Source: Thermovirgaceae bacterium (GTDB taxonomy: Bacteria; Synergistota; Synergistia; Synergistales; Thermovirgaceae). Taken from it: DNA of 64,000 nt. Shown piece after piece: positions 18,760 through 29,281 of this stretch (positions are counted from its first letter, which is position 1; every line of letters starts with the position of its first letter). A program made the translations under genes and the position numbers. The DNA lies in contig JAXGNU010000004.1 in the NCBI GenBank assembly GCA_040767805.1, positions 1 to 64,000 on the forward strand. Direction: 5' to 3'. The notes below the pieces were generated by a model. That model was not told the DNA's origin, ran no database searches, and worked only from the letters and a program-made list of their open reading frames with translations.

Positions 18760-19302
18760 CTAGATCTTTTCAAGGTCGGTGTAGTCGGCCTCCACCAGGG
18801 TGTCGCGGCCGAAGACGACGACGGAGAACTTGACCTTGCCCTTGTCCTCCAGGACCTCGGTGACGGGGCCCACCTGGCCCTCGAAGGGGCCCGCCTTGAC
18901 CCGCACCACGTCGCCGGTTTTCAGGTCGATCTCGATCTTGGGCTTGATCTGTTCCTTGCCGATCTTGCTCATGATCTCGCTCACCTCGCGCTCGGTGAGC
19001 GGTATGGGGTAGCTCCCGGCCCCCACGAAACCTGTGACGCCGGGCGTGTGACGAACGACGTACCAGGACTGGTCGTCGAGGACCATGTCCACCAGGACGT
19101 AGCTGGGGAAGACCTTCCTCTTGGTGCGCTTGCTCTTGCCGTCCTTGACGGTGACCCTCTCCTCGATGGGCACGAGGACATGGAAGATCTTCTCGTCCAT
19201 GCCCATCGTGGCGATGCGCTGCTGGAGGTTGGCCTTTACCCTGTTCTCGTACCCGGAATAGGTCTGGATTATGTACCAGTGTCTCTCTGCCTTGTCGATC
19301 AT
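18760..19302 (-). CDS. nusG: Transcription factor NusG
   Basis: [28 protein letters not shown]. Confidence 0.96.
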   Translation of the reverse strand: MIDKAERHWYIIQTYSGYENRVKANLQQRIATMGMDEKIFHVLVPIEERVTVKDGKSKRTKRKVFPSYVLVDMVLDDQSWYVVRHTPGVTGFVGAGSYPIPLTEREVSEIMSKIGKEQIKPKIEIDLKTGDVVRVKAGPFEGQVGPVTEVLEDKGKVKFSVVVFGRDTLVEADYTDLEKI

Positions 19303-19389
19303 CACCTAAAAGGGGGCCCTACCCGGCCCCCTGTCCTCCCGAGGAAGTGTCTCCCGTCCTATTTTCCCCACCTACAAGCCAGGGTTCCC

Positions 19390-19569
19390 CTACCGGATGA
19401 CCCTGGAGAAAACCGCCGTCAGGAGCACGTCGACGATCCCGAGGTAGGCCGCTACGAGAAGGGACACCGCGACGACGACCAGGGTCGAATACCATACCTG
19501 CTGGCGGCTTGGCCAGGTGACCCTTTTCAGTTCTGCTCTCGCCTCGCGGATGAAACTCTTCCACTTCAT
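19390..19569 (-). CDS. secE: Preprotein translocase SecE (59 aa, not in ORF track)
   Basis: MKWKSFIREARAELKRVTWPSRQQ plus one TM helix; between tRNA-Trp and nusG. Confidence 0.93.
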   Translation of the reverse strand: MKWKSFIREARAELKRVTWPSRQQVWYSTLVVVAVSLLVAAYLGIVDVLLTAVFSRVIR

Positions 19570-19600
19570 AAGAACCTCGGCCTCCCGGGTGCGAATATAA

Positions 19601-19676
19601 TGGCAGGCCCGGCAGGACTCGAACCTGCAACCCCCGGTTTTGGAGACCGGTGCTCTGCCAATTGAGCCACGGACCT
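19601..19676 (-). tRNA. tRNA-Trp(CCA)
   Basis: Cloverleaf, anticodon loop CTCCAAA, 3' CCA. Confidence 0.96.
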
Positions 19677-19697
19677 GCGCGCGAAAGGTATTCTACA

Positions 19698-19847
19698 CTA
19701 CTTCGTTTCCTTGTGCAAGGTATGGGCCTTGCACCACTTGCAGTACTTCATTTTCTCCAGCTTCTTCTGCTGCTTCTTCTTGTTGACGGTGGTCACGTAG
19801 TTGCGGCGCTTGCACTGGCTGCACTGGAGCCCGATCTGGTCTGCCAT
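19698..19847 (-). CDS. rpmG: 50S ribosomal protein bL33, Zn-ribbon form (49 aa, not in ORF track)
   Basis: [17 protein letters not shown]...[16 protein letters not shown]. Confidence 0.95.
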   Translation of the reverse strand: MADQIGLQCSQCKRRNYVTTVNKKKQQKKLEKMKYCKWCKAHTLHKETK

Positions 19848-19882
19848 AAAATGTCGAACCTCTTCTCCCTTGTTGGATTGGA

Positions 19883-21088
19883 TCAGCTTCCGATGATCTC
19901 GGTGACGACGCCGGCGCCGACGGTCCTGCCGCCCTCACGAACGGCGAAACGAAGACCCTGGTCCATGGCGATGGGCTGGATCAGCTTAACCTCGAAGGTC
20001 GCGTTGTCACCGGGCATCACCATCTCTACGCCCTCGGGCAGCTTGATGTCACCCGTCACGTCGGTCGTCCTGAAGTAGAACTGGGGCTTGTAACCGCTGA
20101 AAAACGGCGTGTGACGGCCGCCCTCTTCCTTCTTCAGTACGTAAACCTCGGACTTGAAGTGCTTGTGGGGCGTGATGCTGCCGGGCTTCGCAAGGACCTG
20201 GCCACGCTCCACGTCCTCCTTGCCCACGCCCCGAAGGAGTACGCCCACGTTATCGCCCGCTCGGGCGTCGTCGAGGATCTTCCGGAACATCTCCAGGGAC
20301 GTGGCCACCGTCTTCTTGATGTCTTCCTGCATCCCTATAATGGCCACTTCGTCGCCGGCCTTGATGATCCCCCGCTCTACCCTGCCCGTAACAACAGTGC
20401 CACGGCCCGTTATGGTGAAGACGTCCTCGATGGGCATCAGGAAGGGCTTGTCCACTTCGCGGACCGGCTCGGGGATGAAGTTGTCGCAGGCATCCATCAG
20501 TTCCCAGATAGCTCCGGCCCACTGGCTGTCACGGCCGAGATCGTCGCTCTCAAGGGCCTTCAGCGCCGATCCCCGGATGATGGGCGTGTCGTCGCCGGGA
20601 AAGTCGTACTTGCCCAGGAGGTCGCGGATCTCCATCTCAACCAGGTCCAGAAGTTCCGCGTCGTCCACCATGTCCACCTTGTTCATGAATACCACCAGCG
20701 CAGGCACGTTCACCTGGCGGGCAAGCAGTACGTGCTCCCGCGTCTGCGGCATAGGACCGTCCGCCGCCGATACCACCAGGATCGCTCCGTCCATCTGGGC
20801 CGCTCCGGTGATCATGTTCTTGATGTAGTCAGCGTGACCCGGGCAGTCTATGTGAGCGTAGTGCCGCTTCTCCGTCTGGTACTCCACGTGGGCTATATTG
20901 ATCGTGATACCACGCTCGCGCTCTTCCGGCGCCTTGTCAATCTGGTCAAAAGGCGTGAAATCCGCCCAACCCACTGACGCCAGCGTCTTCGTTATCGCCG
21001 CCGTCAACGTCGTCTTGCCATGGTCTATGTGACCGATCGTTCCTATGTTCAGGTGCGGCTTCGTCCTGTCAAAATGCTCCTTCGCCAT
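19883..21088 (-). CDS. tuf: Elongation factor Tu
   Basis: [21 protein letters not shown]. Confidence 0.99.
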   Translation of the reverse strand: MAKEHFDRTKPHLNIGTIGHIDHGKTTLTAAITKTLASVGWADFTPFDQIDKAPEERERGITINIAHVEYQTEKRHYAHIDCPGHADYIKNMITGAAQMDGAILVVSAADGPMPQTREHVLLARQVNVPALVVFMNKVDMVDDAELLDLVEMEIRDLLGKYDFPGDDTPIIRGSALKALESDDLGRDSQWAGAIWELMDACDNFIPEPVREVDKPFLMPIEDVFTITGRGTVVTGRVERGIIKAGDEVAIIGMQEDIKKTVATSLEMFRKILDDARAGDNVGVLLRGVGKEDVERGQVLAKPGSITPHKHFKSEVYVLKKEEGGRHTPFFSGYKPQFYFRTTDVTGDIKLPEGVEMVMPGDNATFEVKLIQPIAMDQGLRFAVREGGRTVGAGVVTEIIGS

Positions 21089-21195
21089 CTTGTAAAACCC
21101 TCCCGTCCCTTTGATTTCCTGCCCAAAAGGCAACATGAGACACACCAAAAGAGACCCGAAACCGGCTTATTCCCGAGTCCGGATCTCTTGAATTC

Positions 21196-21271
21196 TGGAG
21201 CCGACTTCCGGACTCGAACCGGAGACCCCATCCTTACCATGGATGTGCTCTACCTGCTGAGCTAAGTCGGC
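21196..21271 (-). tRNA. tRNA-Thr(GGT)
   Basis: Cloverleaf, loop ATGGTAA, CCA end. Confidence 0.95.
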
Positions 21272-21285
21272 GAAATGAGAACGAA

Positions 21286-21370
21286 TGGTGGGGGGAGGAG
21301 GATTCGAACCTCCGTAGACGGAGTCGGCAGATTTACAGTCTGCTGCCTTTGACCGCTCGGCCATCCCCCC
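21286..21370 (-). tRNA. tRNA-Tyr(GTA)
   Basis: Long variable arm, loop CTGTAAA, CCA end. Confidence 0.95.
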
Positions 21371-21387
21371 ACGATATCGCTATTCAC

Positions 21388-21463
21388 TGGAGCCGGCGAT
21401 CCGACTTGAACGGACGACCTGCTGATTACAAGTCAGCTGCTCTACCAACTGAGCTACGCCGGC
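21388..21463 (-). tRNA. tRNA-Thr(TGT)
   Basis: Cloverleaf, loop CTTGTAA, CCA end. Confidence 0.95.
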
Positions 21464-21476
21464 GGAACGCTCATGT

Positions 21477-21504
21477 ATTATATCGTGCGAAACGCTGTTG
21501 TCAA
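21477..21504 (-). promoter_or_regulatory. Promoter of the tRNA-tuf operon
   Basis: TTGACA-16 bp-TATAAT on the minus strand. Confidence 0.75.
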
Positions 21505-21531
21505 CTTGCCCGGGGCCGAAGAGGCACCGCC

Positions 21532-21834
21532 CTAGCCCACTTCCTCGGCGTCGTGGATGAAGGCCTTTATCCCCGCGTTCCTGACGTAGGGTTCTTCCTT
21601 GAAGGCCTTGTAGCGCTCGATGACGCCCTCGATCAGGGCTTCGGAACCGAAGATCATGAAGACCCAGTTCAGCCCGGGGAAGACGGCATCGCCCCAGTGG
21701 GTCTTGTTTCCCACGTTGTCCTTGCCCAGCACGCCGCGCCACACGGTGTAACCCTCCACGCCGTTGCTGTCGAGCACCCTTTCCATGAGGTCTTCCCCCA
21801 CGCTTTCGTTGCAAATGATCCAGAGCATCCTCAT
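21532..21834 (-). CDS. PII-like transporter-associated protein (PG0541-like)
   Basis: GYTVWRGVLG, HWGDAVFPGLN; last gene of the RND operon. Confidence 0.7.
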   Translation of the reverse strand: MRMLWIICNESVGEDLMERVLDSNGVEGYTVWRGVLGKDNVGNKTHWGDAVFPGLNWVFMIFGSEALIEGVIERYKAFKEEPYVRNAGIKAFIHDAEEVG

Positions 21835-24800
21835 GACCGCGCGGCCTCCCTTGCCTCGGCGAACCGGGGCTTTTTCCTGAACCTCTCCTCGACGACGGCG
21901 TAGACCACCGGGACCAGGAGCATCGTCACCAGCATGGAGACCATGAGCCCCCCCATGACGGAGACCGCCAGGGGCCGCCAGATCTCGGAGCCCTGCCCCC
22001 TGCTCACGGCCATGGGGAGCATGCCGAAGAAGGTGGTGAGGGTCGTCATGAGGGCGGGCCTGAGGCGCCGGCGCCCCGCCTCGATGACGGCGTCCCTGAG
22101 CAGGGATCCCCGGGCCCTGACCAGGTTGATGTAGTCCACCAGGACGATGGCTATGTTGACGACGATGCCCACGAGCATGATTATCCCCAGCAGGGCCTGC
22201 AGGGAGATGTAGAGCCCCGTCACGAGGAAGGCGAAGACCACCCCCGTGAGTGCGAAGGGGATGCTGAAAAGTATGACGAAGGGGTCAAGGTACGCCTCGT
22301 ACTGGCCCGCCATGACCATGTAGACGAGCAATATGCCCAGCAGGACCAGGAGCCCCATCTGCCGGAAGGCGTCCTGCTGCTCCTTTATCTGGCCCCCGAA
22401 GGATACCCTCACGCCCTCGGGGATCTCCATGGCCTGTACCATCTCGACGGCGTCGGCGGTGACCTCCCCCAGGGAGCGACCGTGGACGTTGGCCCCCACG
22501 GTCAGGTAGCGCTGCCGGTTTTTTCGCTCCACCTGGGGCGGCCCGACCTCGTCCTTCATCGCGGCCACCGACGACAGCCGGACGAGCCCCCCTGAGGCGG
22601 AGGGTACGGTCAGCCTGCCGAGGGTGTCCCTGTCGTTCCGCTGCTCCTCCTTGAGCCGCACCCTGATGGGGTAGTCGTCCTCGCCCTCCCAGAAGGAGCC
22701 CTCGGTCTCGTAACCGGCGAAGTAGATCCTGGCTGTGCGGGAGACCGCGGCGGTGCTGACGCCCAGGTAGGCCGCCTTCTCCCTGTCCGGTTCGATCCAG
22801 AGCTCGGGCCGGTCCTCCCGGCGGCTGACCGATATGTCGGCCGTGCCGGGAATATCGGCGAGGCCCGAGGCTATCATGGACGACACCTTCGTCACCTGCC
22901 TGAGGTCATCGCCGTAGATCTCTATGTCCAGGGGCTTTGAGCCCAGGAACATGGCCTTTATGGGCGAACTCACGAAGACCGTCATGTCCTCTATGCCCGG
23001 CTTGGCCTGGATCCAGTCCCGGATGTCGCCGGCGATCTCGAAGGCGGAGCGCTTCCGCTCGTTCTTGTTCACGAGCCTGATGCCTATCGTGCCGACGTTG
23101 GGGCCCGCTTTCTGGCCGACGGCCACGGAGAAGCCCCCCTCCTCCATCCCGTCCATCCCGAAGACGAGCTTGGCCTCGGGAATGGTTTTTCGGCAGTAGT
23201 CCATGATCTCCCGGACCAGTTCGTCGGTCACCTCGAGCCTGGTGCCCTCGGGGAGGGAGAAGGTGATGGCTATGTCGCCCGTGTCCGGGTCGGGGGTCAG
23301 TTCCGTGCCGATGGTCCGGAAACCGAGGAAGGTGAGCACCAGCAGCAGGAGGGCTGAGGCGATGACCTTTTTACGGTTGTCCAGCCCCCAGGCCAGCATG
23401 GAGGAGTACCGGTCCTCGAGCCAGAGGAAGAACCTTTCCGTCACCTGGTGTATTTTCAGTTTGCCCGGCTCGCGGCCGAAGAACTTGCTCCCCATCATGG
23501 GTATAAAGGTGAGGGCCACGAAGAGCGACGCCGAGACCGCCAGGACCATGACCACCGTGAGGGCCGAGAAGAAGACGCCCACGAGGCCGGAGAGGAAGGC
23601 CAGCGGGAGGAGGACGACGACGGTGGTGAGCGTCGAGGCCAGCAGGGCCGAGCCTATCTCCCCGGCGCCGAGGACGGCCGCGACGCGGCGCCGGCTGCCC
23701 TGTTCTATGTGGTAGATGATCTGGTCCGTGGCGACGATGGCGTTGTCCACCACCATGCCGCTGGCCATGGCCAGGGCCGAGAGGGTGAATATGTTTATCG
23801 TGTAGTTGAGGCGGCCCATGGCTATGAAGGTCAGGATCAGTGAAAAGGGTATGGCCCCCGCCACGATCAGGGAGGCGCGGAACCTCCTCAGGAAGGCCCA
23901 GGTCACGAGGAATACCAGGATTATCCCCGCCACGAGGGAGATACTCAGGTTGGTGATGGAGTTCATGATGAAGTCGGCGGTGTCCAGGACCACCTCGTAC
24001 TCCACGTCGGAGGGGAAGCTCTCCTCGCTGAGCCGGGTGAGCCTCTCCAGGACCGACCGGGAGACCTCGATGGTGTTGGCGTCGCTGTTTTTCATCACGA
24101 TCATCACGACGGCGGCCTGGTCGTCCTTCCACCCGTTCATGGTCAGTTCCTTGTAGCCGTCCCTGACCTCGGCGACGTCGCCCACCCTGACGGGGCTGCC
24201 CTTAACGATGCCCACGACGGTGTTCCTGATCTCTTCCACCGTGGTGAACCTGCCCGGCACCCTTATGAAGTACTCCGTGCGCCCCTCCTTCATGGAGCCC
24301 GAGGGGATGTTGAGGTTCTCCCTCTCGAGCACGCCCGCGATGGCGTCGGGGGACAGTCCGAAGGCCTCAAGCCTGTCGGCGTCGAGGAGGACCTGGATCT
24401 CCCTGGCGACGCCCCCGAAGATAAGTACCTGCCCCACCCCGGGCACCCTGGAGAGTGCCTCGGCGATGTTCTTGTCGACGAAGTGGTAGAGCCCCTGGTA
24501 GGACCTCTCGGCCGTCAGGGCGACCTCCACGACGGGGACCATCCCAGAGGTTATCCTGAGTACCACCGATTCCTCCGCGTCGGAGGGGAGTTCCCTCTTG
24601 GCGAAGTTGACGGCGTCCCTCACGTCCCCGGCCCGGACGTCGAGGTCCACGCCCCATTTGAACTTGACCGAGACGACGGAGATGTTGTCCAGCGACCGGG
24701 AGATGAGGTCGTCCACCCCTTCGAGCATGGAAAGGCTGTTCTCCATGACCTTGGTTATCCTCTGCTCCACGTCGCTGGCGGAGGCCCCCGGCCACGGCGT

Positions 24801-24944
24801 GATCACCGTTATGACGGGGGGCTCGATCTTCGGTAGCAGGTCCAGTTTCAGGTTGAGGAAGGATATGGAACCGATGACCAGGACGGCGAGGAAGACCATC
24901 AGGGTCATCACGGGGCGCTTGACGGAGACCTCAGGCAGTTTCAC
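21831..24944 (-). CDS. RND efflux permease (AcrB family)
   Basis: VKRPV, GMVVDNAIV, RRLRPALMT; GTG start overlapping the MFP stop. Confidence 0.95.
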   Translation of the reverse strand: MKLPEVSVKRPVMTLMVFLAVLVIGSISFLNLKLDLLPKIEPPVITVITPWPGASASDVEQRITKVMENSLSMLEGVDDLISRSLDNISVVSVKFKWGVDLDVRAGDVRDAVNFAKRELPSDAEESVVLRITSGMVPVVEVALTAERSYQGLYHFVDKNIAEALSRVPGVGQVLIFGGVAREIQVLLDADRLEAFGLSPDAIAGVLERENLNIPSGSMKEGRTEYFIRVPGRFTTVEEIRNTVVGIVKGSPVRVGDVAEVRDGYKELTMNGWKDDQAAVVMIVMKNSDANTIEVSRSVLERLTRLSEESFPSDVEYEVVLDTADFIMNSITNLSISLVAGIILVFLVTWAFLRRFRASLIVAGAIPFSLILTFIAMGRLNYTINIFTLSALAMASGMVVDNAIVATDQIIYHIEQGSRRRVAAVLGAGEIGSALLASTLTTVVVLLPLAFLSGLVGVFFSALTVVMVLAVSASLFVALTFIPMMGSKFFGREPGKLKIHQVTERFFLWLEDRYSSMLAWGLDNRKKVIASALLLLVLTFLGFRTIGTELTPDPDTGDIAITFSLPEGTRLEVTDELVREIMDYCRKTIPEAKLVFGMDGMEEGGFSVAVGQKAGPNVGTIGIRLVNKNERKRSAFEIAGDIRDWIQAKPGIEDMTVFVSSPIKAMFLGSKPLDIEIYGDDLRQVTKVSSMIASGLADIPGTADISVSRREDRPELWIEPDREKAAYLGVSTAAVSRTARIYFAGYETEGSFWEGEDDYPIRVRLKEEQRNDRDTLGRLTVPSASGGLVRLSSVAAMKDEVGPPQVERKNRQRYLTVGANVHGRSLGEVTADAVEMVQAMEIPEGVRVSFGGQIKEQQDAFRQMGLLVLLGILLVYMVMAGQYEAYLDPFVILFSIPFALTGVVFAFLVTGLYISLQALLGIIMLVGIVVNIAIVLVDYINLVRARGSLLRDAVIEAGRRRLRPALMTTLTTFFGMLPMAVSRGQGSEIWRPLAVSVMGGLMVSMLVTMLLVPVVYAVVEERFRKKPRFAEAREAARS

Positions 24945-25996
24945 CTCCGGTACACCTCGATCCTGGTGCCGTCCCTGACGGCGCCGGCCTTGGTGACGAT
25001 CACTTCGTCCCCGGGTGAGAGCCCTTCGGTGACCTCCACGTAGCCTTCGTGCTCGATCCCCGTCCCTATGACGCGGAGGACGGCCCTGCCCTCCTCCGCC
25101 ACGTAGCATACCGTTTCACCCGTTCCGGCGAGGCGGCTGACGGCCTCCCTGGGGAGGGCCATGACACGCCTCTCACCGGGGGTCATCCTGGCCCGGACGA
25201 ACATCCCCGGGAGGATCACCCCCTCCGAGGGGAGGGAGACCTCGATTTTCCCGGTGCGGGTGGCGGGGTCGATGACGGGGGACAGGTTCGTCACCACGGC
25301 CTCGAATTCCCTGCCCGGGACGGCGTCCACCAGCAGGGTGACCTTGGTCCCGAGACGGATCCCGGTAAAGGCCTTTTCGGGGACGGCCCCCACGGCCTTG
25401 ACGTTATCCTGCCTGAAGATGAGGAAGGCCGGCCCCTGGGGGGCGGTGTCGCCGGGGTCGATGAAGCGCCTGGCCACGACGCCCTCGGCCGGGGCGGTGA
25501 TGGTGTGGTAACCGCTCATGATCCCGGCCTGTTCGTAGGCCGACTTGGCCTGGGCGTAGCGGGCCCTCGCCTGGTCGACGGCCTGGCGGCTGACCACTTC
25601 CTCCTCGTAGAGGGACCGGTAGCGCTCGTAGTCGGCGGCGGCGGTCTCGTAAAAGGCGCGGGTCTCCTCGAGCTGGCGCCGGATGAGGCTGGTGTCGAGC
25701 GATGCCAGGGGCTGGCCCTTTTTCACCCTGTCGCCTTCATCGACGAAGACCTCGAGGACGGTCCTCCCCGGCACCTTGGGCACCACGGCGGACTGCTCCT
25801 CGGGCTCGACGGTGGCGGCGAACTCCACCACTTCGGCGAGGTCCATCTCACGCAGGCGGACCGTCTCGACCCTGGGGATCTCTTCCTCGGGCGTGGCGCT
25901 CTTCAGCTGCTTCTGCTGGTGCCCCCTGAAAAGGATGAGCCCCGCGAAGAGCGCCACGATCACTGCCAACACGAATGTCTTTCTCATGCCCATCAC
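24941..25996 (-). CDS. RND periplasmic adaptor (MFP)
   Basis: VDEGDRVKKGQ, ITAPAEGVV, LPGMFV. Confidence 0.93.
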   Translation of the reverse strand: MMGMRKTFVLAVIVALFAGLILFRGHQQKQLKSATPEEEIPRVETVRLREMDLAEVVEFAATVEPEEQSAVVPKVPGRTVLEVFVDEGDRVKKGQPLASLDTSLIRRQLEETRAFYETAAADYERYRSLYEEEVVSRQAVDQARARYAQAKSAYEQAGIMSGYHTITAPAEGVVARRFIDPGDTAPQGPAFLIFRQDNVKAVGAVPEKAFTGIRLGTKVTLLVDAVPGREFEAVVTNLSPVIDPATRTGKIEVSLPSEGVILPGMFVRARMTPGERRVMALPREAVSRLAGTGETVCYVAEEGRAVLRVIGTGIEHEGYVEVTEGLSPGDEVIVTKAGAVRDGTRIEVYRR

Positions 25997-27342
25997 CTTT
26001 CGTCCCCGTGGATACAGACTTCCCCACCCATGGCCAGTTCCATGTCCGACTGGGCCTTCAAGGCGTCGTAAACGGCATCGACCAGCTGGGTCCTCGACAG
26101 GGTGAGGGACACCCTGGCCTGGTGCACGTCGATGTTGGTGCCCACCTGGGCCGCGTACCTGGCCACGGCCATGCGGTGGTCCTCCTCGGCCAGGGCCACC
26201 TGGGACCGGGCCACCTCCAGACGCTGGAGGGCCGAGCGGAGGTCCAGCGTCGCGACGGAGACCTCGAGGCCCACGCCGTTCTTAAGGTCCTCCACCCGCT
26301 GCAGCAGTTCGCCGGCCAGCGCCAGGGCTTCATCCCCGCGGGCCTTGGCCTTGCCACCGTCGTAGAGGGTCCACTGGGCTACCACCGATACCCTCCAGTC
26401 GTCGGCGGCGTCGGGGTAGAAGGTCCGGCCCACGGAGAAGGCCTCCCCCTGGAGGAAGACCGAGGGGCCCTTTTCACCCCGGGCCGCGGCGGCCATGGCC
26501 TTCGCCGAGCGCACCGACGACTCGAGGGCCCTGAACTCGGGGCGCCCCGCCAGGGCCGCTCCAAGGGGGTCGCCGGGCATTTCCGCGGGGGAGAGCTCCT
26601 CCTGGGGCTCGGGGAGGGAGTACTCATCCTTGACGGCCGTCCCGACGGCCCTCTCGAGGGCGCTGTAGGCGACCTCGATGCCGCTTTCGGCCCGGATGAG
26701 GTTCAGCTTCGCGTCGGAGGCCGCCACCTCCGCCCTCAGCAGTTCGTTCTTGGCCACCACGCCGTTCTTGTAAAGGGCCTCGACGCTCGCCAGGTGGTCC
26801 AGGGCCAGCCGTCTCGCCCCCTCGGCCACGACGGCCCTGGCCCGGGCTCTCTGCAGTTCGAAGAAGGCGCTTTTCGCGCCGTGGGCCACGGCCTGGGCGG
26901 TCCTTTGCGCCTCGGCCTCGGCGGCATCGACGGCGAACTCGGCGGCCCGGATGCCGCTTTCGACGGCCCCGCCGCTGTAGACGAGCCAGGAGAGGGAGAG
27001 GGCCGTCTTCCAGGTCTCGCGGAAACCGGCGTTGGCGTAGCCCACGAGGGACGGGTCATTCGTCACCAGCGGGTATTGCGGTTCATGGAAGGTCTTCTGA
27101 TAGAGCGCCGAGGCCGAAAGGACGGGGGCCTTCCCCGAGGAGGCCTCCCTGACCCTGGCCTTGGCCTGTTCGATCCTCTTCTCGGCCATGCCTACCTGGG
27201 GGTTGTTCTCCAGGGCGAGGGCCACGACGAGGCCCTCGTCAAGCAGGGGCTTACCGTCGGCCCAGGCCCTCCTGCCCAGGAATATCACGAAGAGGGAGAG
27301 CACGATGAACGTGATGGCTATGATCCTTCTCTGCGTTGTCAT
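25993..27342 (-). CDS. TolC-family outer membrane protein
   Basis: ALENNP, duplicated OEP repeats. Confidence 0.9.
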   Translation of the reverse strand: MTTQRRIIAITFIVLSLFVIFLGRRAWADGKPLLDEGLVVALALENNPQVGMAEKRIEQAKARVREASSGKAPVLSASALYQKTFHEPQYPLVTNDPSLVGYANAGFRETWKTALSLSWLVYSGGAVESGIRAAEFAVDAAEAEAQRTAQAVAHGAKSAFFELQRARARAVVAEGARRLALDHLASVEALYKNGVVAKNELLRAEVAASDAKLNLIRAESGIEVAYSALERAVGTAVKDEYSLPEPQEELSPAEMPGDPLGAALAGRPEFRALESSVRSAKAMAAAARGEKGPSVFLQGEAFSVGRTFYPDAADDWRVSVVAQWTLYDGGKAKARGDEALALAGELLQRVEDLKNGVGLEVSVATLDLRSALQRLEVARSQVALAEEDHRMAVARYAAQVGTNIDVHQARVSLTLSRTQLVDAVYDALKAQSDMELAMGGEVCIHGDER

Positions 27343-27950
27343 TTGAACCCCTCGCTTTGAAATTCGAAACGCCCGATGGCGAAGCGCCAGAACTCCCTGG
27401 CCGAGTCCAGGTCCAGGCTGAACCCCAGTTCCATGATTATCCCGTTCATCAGGAATCGGAGGGTGGTCAGTATTTTCTGGTAATCTCCGCGGGACCCGTC
27501 GTGCCTGAAGGCGGGAAAGACCTCCCGGGCCACGGGCCAGAGCTTCTTCTGGATAACCTCCAGAAGGTCACCCGCCACCTGGGACAGTTCCCTGCCCTCC
27601 TGCCCCCCCCGGAGCCTCTCGATGAAAAGCGTGAAGAAGAGGAGGCGCATCTCCCGGTCTTCCCAGAGCATCTCTATGATCCGCTCCCCCCGGAGGGTGA
27701 CGAAGGCGCGGACGTCCTCCCCCTCGACGCGGGGCGCTTCCACGTGGCTGTGGATTATCCTGTCGACCTCGCGGGCAAGGACGGCGGCGAAGAGGTCGCT
27801 CTTGCCTTCGAAGTGCCAATAGAGGGCCCCCTTACTGAGGCCCGTCTCCTTGACGATGGCGTCCATGCTGGTGCCGTGGTAGCCGTTACGGGCGAATTGA
27901 CCCCTGGCCACCGCCAGGATCCTGTCCCTCGTCCCGCAGGGATCGGACAT
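27339..27950 (-). CDS. TetR/AcrR family regulator
   Basis: FARNGYHGTSMDAIVKETGLSKGALYWHFEGK. Confidence 0.92.
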   Translation of the reverse strand: MSDPCGTRDRILAVARGQFARNGYHGTSMDAIVKETGLSKGALYWHFEGKSDLFAAVLAREVDRIIHSHVEAPRVEGEDVRAFVTLRGERIIEMLWEDREMRLLFFTLFIERLRGGQEGRELSQVAGDLLEVIQKKLWPVAREVFPAFRHDGSRGDYQKILTTLRFLMNGIIMELGFSLDLDSAREFWRFAIGRFEFQSEGFK

Positions 27951-27961
27951 TGCGCCACCTC

Positions 27962-28019
27962 CAGACCGAATGGTTTGTGCAACAGGCTGCAATCTATCAC
28001 AGACCGACCGGTCTGTCAA
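27962..28019 (-). promoter_or_regulatory. TetR operon promoter with palindromic operators
   Basis: TTGACA-17-TAGATT; palindrome ACAGACCGACCGGTCTGT (27999-28016) and degenerate copy CAGACCGAATGGTTTG (27962-27977). Confidence 0.7.
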
Positions 28020-28028
28020 GGAAAAAAA

Positions 28029-28205
28029 CCGTAAATCGTGAATCGTGAATCGTAAATCGGAAAACCAGGCGACAGGAGACAGTCGTCAGGAGACAGGAAG
28101 GGCAAAGGCGTGAGAAGTAAGACGTGAGAGGGGAGACGGAAGAACAAAAACCAAGGCGACAGGAGGCGGGAAGGGCAGGGGCCGTGAATCGGAAGGGCCG
28201 TGAGA
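28029..28205. repeat. Short heptamer tandem repeats (CGTRAAT, GACAGGA, GTGAGA)
   Basis: CCGTAAATCGTGAATCGTGAATCGTAAATCGG at 28029-28059 plus further units. Confidence 0.75.
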
Positions 28206-28219
28206 GCCGTTCCCGAAAT

Positions 28220-28250
28220 AAAAAGCGCCCGCTCTTCCGGCGGGCGCCTT
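28220..28250 (-). terminator. Intrinsic terminator after rpsI
   Basis: GCGCCCGC/GCGGGCGC stem followed by a T-run on the minus strand. Confidence 0.7.
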
Positions 28251-28279
28251 GATCTATCCGTTGCAGGAGCCGCGCAAGA

Positions 28280-28675
28280 TCAGCGCTTGGAGAACTGCCT
28301 CTTGCCGCGGGCGCCTTTCTGACCGAACTTTTTCCTCTCGACCATCCTGGGGTCCCTGGTCAGCAGGCCCGATCTCTTCAGGGCGGGTTTCAGCCCGGGG
28401 TCCATCTGGAGCAGGGCCCTGGCGAGCCCGAGCCTGACCGCGCCGGACTGCCCCGTGAGCCCGCCTCCGCTGGCGTTGACGAAGACATCGATCTTACCCT
28501 CGAGCCCCGAGGTCCGGAGGGCCTCGAAAGCGTGGGTCTGCCAGACGCTGCGGGGGAAGTACTCGTCGGCGGGCCGCTCGTTGACCTTGAGCATCCCGCT
28601 GCCGGAACGCACCCTCACCCTCGCGAGGGCGGCCTTGCGCCTGCCGGTACCCCAGTAGTATTCAGATCGCTTCAA
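28280..28675 (-). CDS. rpsI: 30S ribosomal protein uS9
   Basis: GTGRRK, GGGLTGQ, QFSKR. Confidence 0.97.
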   Translation of the reverse strand: MKRSEYYWGTGRRKAALARVRVRSGSGMLKVNERPADEYFPRSVWQTHAFEALRTSGLEGKIDVFVNASGGGLTGQSGAVRLGLARALLQMDPGLKPALKRSGLLTRDPRMVERKKFGQKGARGKRQFSKR

Positions 28676-28704
28676 GCTTTTTTCCCTCCCTTCCCGCGGC
28701 TTTC

Positions 28705-29136
28705 CTAGATATCCAGCGGCTCAGGCTTCTGGGCCGCGTGGGGATGTTCGGGTCCCGCGTAGACCTTCAGTTTCTTCTCGAAGTGCAGGCGGTTCTTGGG
28801 GAGCATGCCCTTCACGACCCTCTCGAAGAGCCGGTCCGGGTGCTTCTCCATGAAGGTGCCGTAGGGTATGGCCTTGAGACTGCCCTTGTACCCGCTGTGG
28901 CGGTAGATGTACTTATTCTCGAGTTTCTTGCCGGTGATCTTGACCTTGTCGGCGTTGACGACGATCACGAAATCCCCGGTGTCCACGTGGGGCGTGTAGG
29001 TCGGCTTGTTCTTGCCCTGGAGTATCATGGCCACCTGGGCGGCGAGCCTGCCGAGGACCTTGTCGGTGGCGTCGACGACGAACCATTTCCTCTCCACCTG
29101 TTCCTTTTTTGCCATGTAACTGGAATTAACAGCCAT
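28705..29136 (-). CDS. rplM: 50S ribosomal protein uL13
   Basis: [23 protein letters not shown]. Confidence 0.97.
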   Translation of the reverse strand: MAVNSSYMAKKEQVERKWFVVDATDKVLGRLAAQVAMILQGKNKPTYTPHVDTGDFVIVVNADKVKITGKKLENKYIYRHSGYKGSLKAIPYGTFMEKHPDRLFERVVKGMLPKNRLHFEKKLKVYAGPEHPHAAQKPEPLDI

Positions 29137-29232
29137 TTCCCGGGTTCCTCTCCTTAAGGCCTCGCCGCGAAGGGCAGCGGACACAATAATTTCCCTTCCC
29201 TGCGTGAATCTCGAAAAAGCAGAGCGGTGCCT

Positions 29233-29261
29233 ATTCTATCCAAGCGCCCCATGGGTGTCAA
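29233..29261 (-). promoter_or_regulatory. rplM-rpsI promoter
   Basis: TTGACA-17-TAGAAT. Confidence 0.7.
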
Positions 29262-29281
29262 GGACGCGGGGCGCTTTTTTC

